DNA of 37,720 bases from a virus (Duplodnaviria; Caudoviricetes): positions 1-37,720 of the IMG/VR virus record IMGVR_UViG_3300032236_001563; one strand, given 5' to 3'. The notes under the pieces are model-generated. The model did no database searches. It was given only the letters and a program-made list of their open reading frames with translations, and was not told where the DNA came from. The translations under genes and the position numbers were made by a program. This document shows positions 34,973-37,720 of the stretch, in pieces (positions within the stretch are counted from its first letter, which is position 1; the number at the start of each line of letters is the position of its first letter).

Positions 34973-37720
34973 TAATCAAGATATTTTTTAGGTGGTGCGG
35001 TAGATGGATCTACTTCAGTTAAATTGAATGTAAACACCTTACCAGATTTATTATTATATAAATAAAGATTTTCTTCACCTTCAACTATTGTATAATCACC
35101 ATAATCATTTTTTAATGATAAGTCATTTGTATAAATTGTACTCCATCTGTTTGACGATGTACCTAAAGTATATGATGCTGATGTATTAGGATAAAACGCT
35201 GTAGTGCTCATACTATAGTATCCAGCACCACTAAACCCAAATGTTATATTACCACTATAGGTTGTCATAAAAATAGGTCTAGATGAACTTTCAATTCTAC
35301 TATTTGACCCATCCCATAAACCCCATAAAAAGTTATTTGTTCCATCATATGTACTTATTCTGGCATTAGCATATTGTGCAGTAATTTGATTAGTTGTTAC
35401 TAAAGTGCCATAAACATTACTATTACCTGATGTATCAATTCTGAAACTTTCAGCCCAAGTTTGTGTACCCGTTCTTCTACCAATCACAAAGTTCGCTGCA
35501 CCATTTCCTGTACCACCAGCAACCGCGCCAAAAAATACATTTGTTGCACCATTACTAGAATTATATGCATTAATATCTACCAAATATGCACTATTAACAC
35601 TATTCGGATTTGCTGTCCATACTTGTAAAGTTCCAGCATTATTATATGCACTTCTTGTACTTGATGTGTTTATAACGTAGGCTTCGGGTGTTGCACTTAT
35701 ATTTGCAACAAAAGAACTTGTTGATGCTTGGCTTAATGTTAATGCTACAAAAGTCGGTGTGTTTCCCGTTCCAACACTTTGGTTGATTGTGTATGCCGTA
35801 ATATTACTTGCAGTTCCAGTTGTATTTTGATTTAGAGTTGGATAATAAGATGTTGTTGATGGTAAAGATGTCAAACCTGAACCACCGCCAATAAATGAAG
35901 TTGCTGTAACACTAGATACAAATGTTGCAGTTGTGTCGTATTTTAAAGTTAATACAGTTGTTAATGTATCACTATTATCGGCAGCTGCTACTTGGAAGTA
36001 CATATTTTCTCCTGTAGTCCCAAATGAACTATCAGTTAGTTGCGTCGCAATTCTACCCCAATTTCTTATACCTGGAACACCTGAACCACCGCTATTATAT
36101 GTTGTGCCTCTAAATAAAATACCACTTCCAAATCCTGAATATGGAACGCTATTGTTTGTTTGTGTTAAAATTAAAATATCATTTTGTGTCGTTCTATTTC
36201 CGGAGTTATCAGCACTAACAAAAGTCGCAATACCACTATTACTAAGGGTTAAAACATCAGTATATGTTATAGCACCACTTGTCCCTGAAGGAGCCGTTTT
36301 AAATTGAAATCCCCCTAGATGAAATCTTAACATTGAACTATAATCATTTACCGCATAGGTATAGCTATTAGAAGTTGTTGTATAACCGATATTATACCCG
36401 ATACTACCATAATCACCTCCACTACCACCTATCCAAGTATAAAGACCCGCTTTTATATAAACTCCTGTCCCACTTGTTTGTATATTTCCTGTCGATGTTA
36501 AACCAGCAAATGTTGGTGAAGATGTTGTCAGTAAAGCTTGATTTATATATGAACCAAAACCTGTTGTTCCTGTTAAAGATATTTGACTAGAACCTGATAC
36601 AATACCTGTTGGTACATTTGTTATGCCAGTATATGATATTTGAGATGATCCAGATACCAATGTTGGTAATCCACTTATTGAACCAAAAGTAATTTGACTA
36701 GAACCTGAAACAGTTCCACTTGGTAATCCAGCAATAATTTGTGAACTGCCTGATACAACACCACTTGGTAATTGTGCTGATCCTGACCATATACCCGTTC
36801 CACTTAATACTTGTGAAGATCCACTTACTGTTCCTGAAGGTAATGCAGATACAACTTGAGCTGAACTAGATATCACACCATCGCTATTCATCTTATTCTT
36901 AATAGTTGTATTAATAGAAGAAGTAAATGTGTTTAATGAACCTGTGCTAGTTTCAAGTAATCCCAATCTTGTATTTTGTGCAGCATCAGTTGTTGATACT
37001 GAAGCACTTAGACTATTAATACTAGCAGATAATGAACTACTAATTGAACCTATACTAGAACTTAAACCAGATGTAGTTGTAGCAACTGATGAACTTAAAG
37101 AACCTATACTAGAACTTAAACCAGAAGTTGTGGTAGCGATTGAACTACTTAATAACCCAATTGATGAACTTGTATTGGCATCTGTGGTTGCTACAGATCC
37201 ACTTAATAAATTAACGCTACTAGATATTGAAGAATTAATTGAACTACTAAATGTTGAGTATCCAGTTGTTCCTGTTATACTAACTTGTATTGAACCGCTG
37301 ATTACTCCTTTATTATTTAGTTCATTATCAATTGTTGTATTAATTGAACTTGTAAATGTATTAAGACTACCAGTTGATGTTTCAAGCAATCCTAATCTTG
37401 TATTTTGATTTGCATCTGTTGTAGCAATACTTGATGATAAACTACCGATGCTTGTTGATATAGAAGATGATAAGTTTAATGTTGTAGTTGCAACAGAAGA
37501 ACTTAATGAACCAATTGATGAGCTAAGTCCTGATGTTGTAGTTGCAACACTAGACGATAAGCTACCAATAGAAGAACTTAATCCGCTTGTTGTAGTTGCA
37601 ACAGAAGAACTTAATGAACCAATACTTGTTGATATTGAACCACTTAGACTATTAATACTAGCAGACAATGAGCTACTAACTGAACCTATACTAGAAGATA
37701 AGTTTGCAGTTGTTGTTGCA
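34972..37720 (-). CDS. Ser/Thr-rich repeat tail-fibre protein, 5' end off-window (>915 aa)
   Basis: The frame stays open upstream of the listed TTG at 37668 to the window edge (ATTTANLSSSIGSVSSSL). The C-terminus LGTSSNRWSTIYTNDLSLKN..GDYTIVEGEENLYLYNNKSGKVFTFNLTEV resembles the conserved terminal domain of T4-like cyanophage fibres. Confidence 0.85.
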   Translation of the reverse strand, partial: ATTTANLSSSIGSVSSSLSASINSLSGSISTSIGSLSSSVATTTSGLSSSIGSLSSSVATTTSGLSSSIGSLSSSVATTTLNLSSSISTSIGSLSSSIATTDANQNTRLGLLETSTGSLNTFTSSINTTIDNELNNKGVISGSIQVSITGTTGYSTFSSSINSSISSSVNLLSGSVATTDANTSSSIGLLSSSIATTTSGLSSSIGSLSSSVATTTSGLSSSIGSISSSLSASINSLSASVSTTDAAQNTRLGLLETSTGSLNTFTSSINTTIKNKMNSDGVISSSAQVVSALPSGTVSGSSQVLSGTGIWSGSAQLPSGVVSGSSQIIAGLPSGTVSGSSQITFGSISGLPTLVSGSSQISYTGITNVPTGIVSGSSQISLTGTTGFGSYINQALLTTSSPTFAGLTSTGNIQTSGTGVYIKAGLYTWIGGSGGDYGSIGYNIGYTTTSNSYTYAVNDYSSMLRFHLGGFQFKTAPSGTSGAITYTDVLTLSNSGIATFVSADNSGNRTTQNDILILTQTNNSVPYSGFGSGILFRGTTYNSGGSGVPGIRNWGRIATQLTDSSFGTTGENMYFQVAAADNSDTLTTVLTLKYDTTATFVSSVTATSFIGGGSGLTSLPSTTSYYPTLNQNTTGTASNITAYTINQSVGTGNTPTFVALTLSQASTSSFVANISATPEAYVINTSSTRSAYNNAGTLQVWTANPNSVNSAYLVDINAYNSSNGATNVFFGAVAGGTGNGAANFVIGRRTGTQTWAESFRIDTSGNSNVYGTLVTTNQITAQYANARISTYDGTNNFLWGLWDGSNSRIESSSRPIFMTTYSGNITFGFSGAGYYSMSTTAFYPNTSASYTLGTSSNRWSTIYTNDLSLKNDYGDYTIVEGEENLYLYNNKSGKVFTFNLTEVDPSTAPPKKYLD
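36570..36880 (-). repeat. ~7 degenerate (V/I/W)SGS(S/A)Q coding repeats
   Basis: VISSSAQ, TVSGSSQ, IWSGSAQ, VVSGSSQ, TVSGSSQ, LVSGSSQ, IVSGSSQ. Confidence 0.88.
36880..37720 (-). repeat. 18-aa (54-bp) SSSVATTTSGLSSSIGSL tandem repeats plus two long DA.QNTRLGLLETSTGSLNTFTSSINTTI units
   Basis: Directly visible in the translation; synonymous differences between copies. Confidence 0.92.

Noticed and set aside
36929-37408. 159-aa plus-strand ORF similar to 1048-1593, and 35933-36307 and 36375-36590
   Set aside because: Antisense shadows of the right fibre gene; the similarity only reflects the shared repeats.
37666-37668. TTG start for the 898-aa fibre ORF
   Set aside because: The frame stays open and repetitive to the window edge, so the true start is outside the window.
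36880-37720. Periodic DNA repeats as a CRISPR array or DGR template
   Set aside because: The repeats are degenerate at synonymous positions, in frame and without unique spacers; no cas or reverse transcriptase gene is present.

Overview
AT-rich window. Essentially all real genes are on the minus strand, tightly packed with ATGA/TAATG overlaps and no Shine-Dalgarno motifs. No capsid, terminase, rRNA, tRNA, CRISPR or transposase is visible. The content best fits a large (jumbo-type) tailed phage, possibly of a Bacteroidota host; this is inference. Both ends lie inside paralogous, very Ser/Thr-rich repeat fibre genes: 1-3050 (3' end off-window, missing from the ORF track) and 34972-37720 (5' end off-window, with a T4-like cyanophage-type fibre C-terminal domain). 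Three small virion-type proteins follow the right fibre gene; two are LamG/ConA-like. Between the fibre genes lies a ~30 kb modification cluster: 5 radical SAM enzymes, 4 2OG-Fe(II) oxygenases, ~9 glycosyltransferase-like proteins (two are GT7/beta-1,4-GalT enzymes with an inserted LamG domain), a UDP-sugar dehydrogenase, a NodU-type carbamoyltransferase, a methyltransferase, 2 SGNH proteins, and a PAPS module with a sulfotransferase. Three observations stand out. (1) A circularly permuted ATP-grasp ligase is fused to two tandem Hint domains with complementary catalytic residues, and they bracket a 7-residue peptide, KIYSGGS. (2) Nine enzymes from five unrelated families share a C-terminal K-(T/S)-[LIF]-I or K-L-I tag. 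(3) The cluster as a whole looks like a pathway that glycosylates, sulfates and otherwise decorates the Ser/Thr-covered fibres. All functional calls come from motif recognition by eye; no searches were run.
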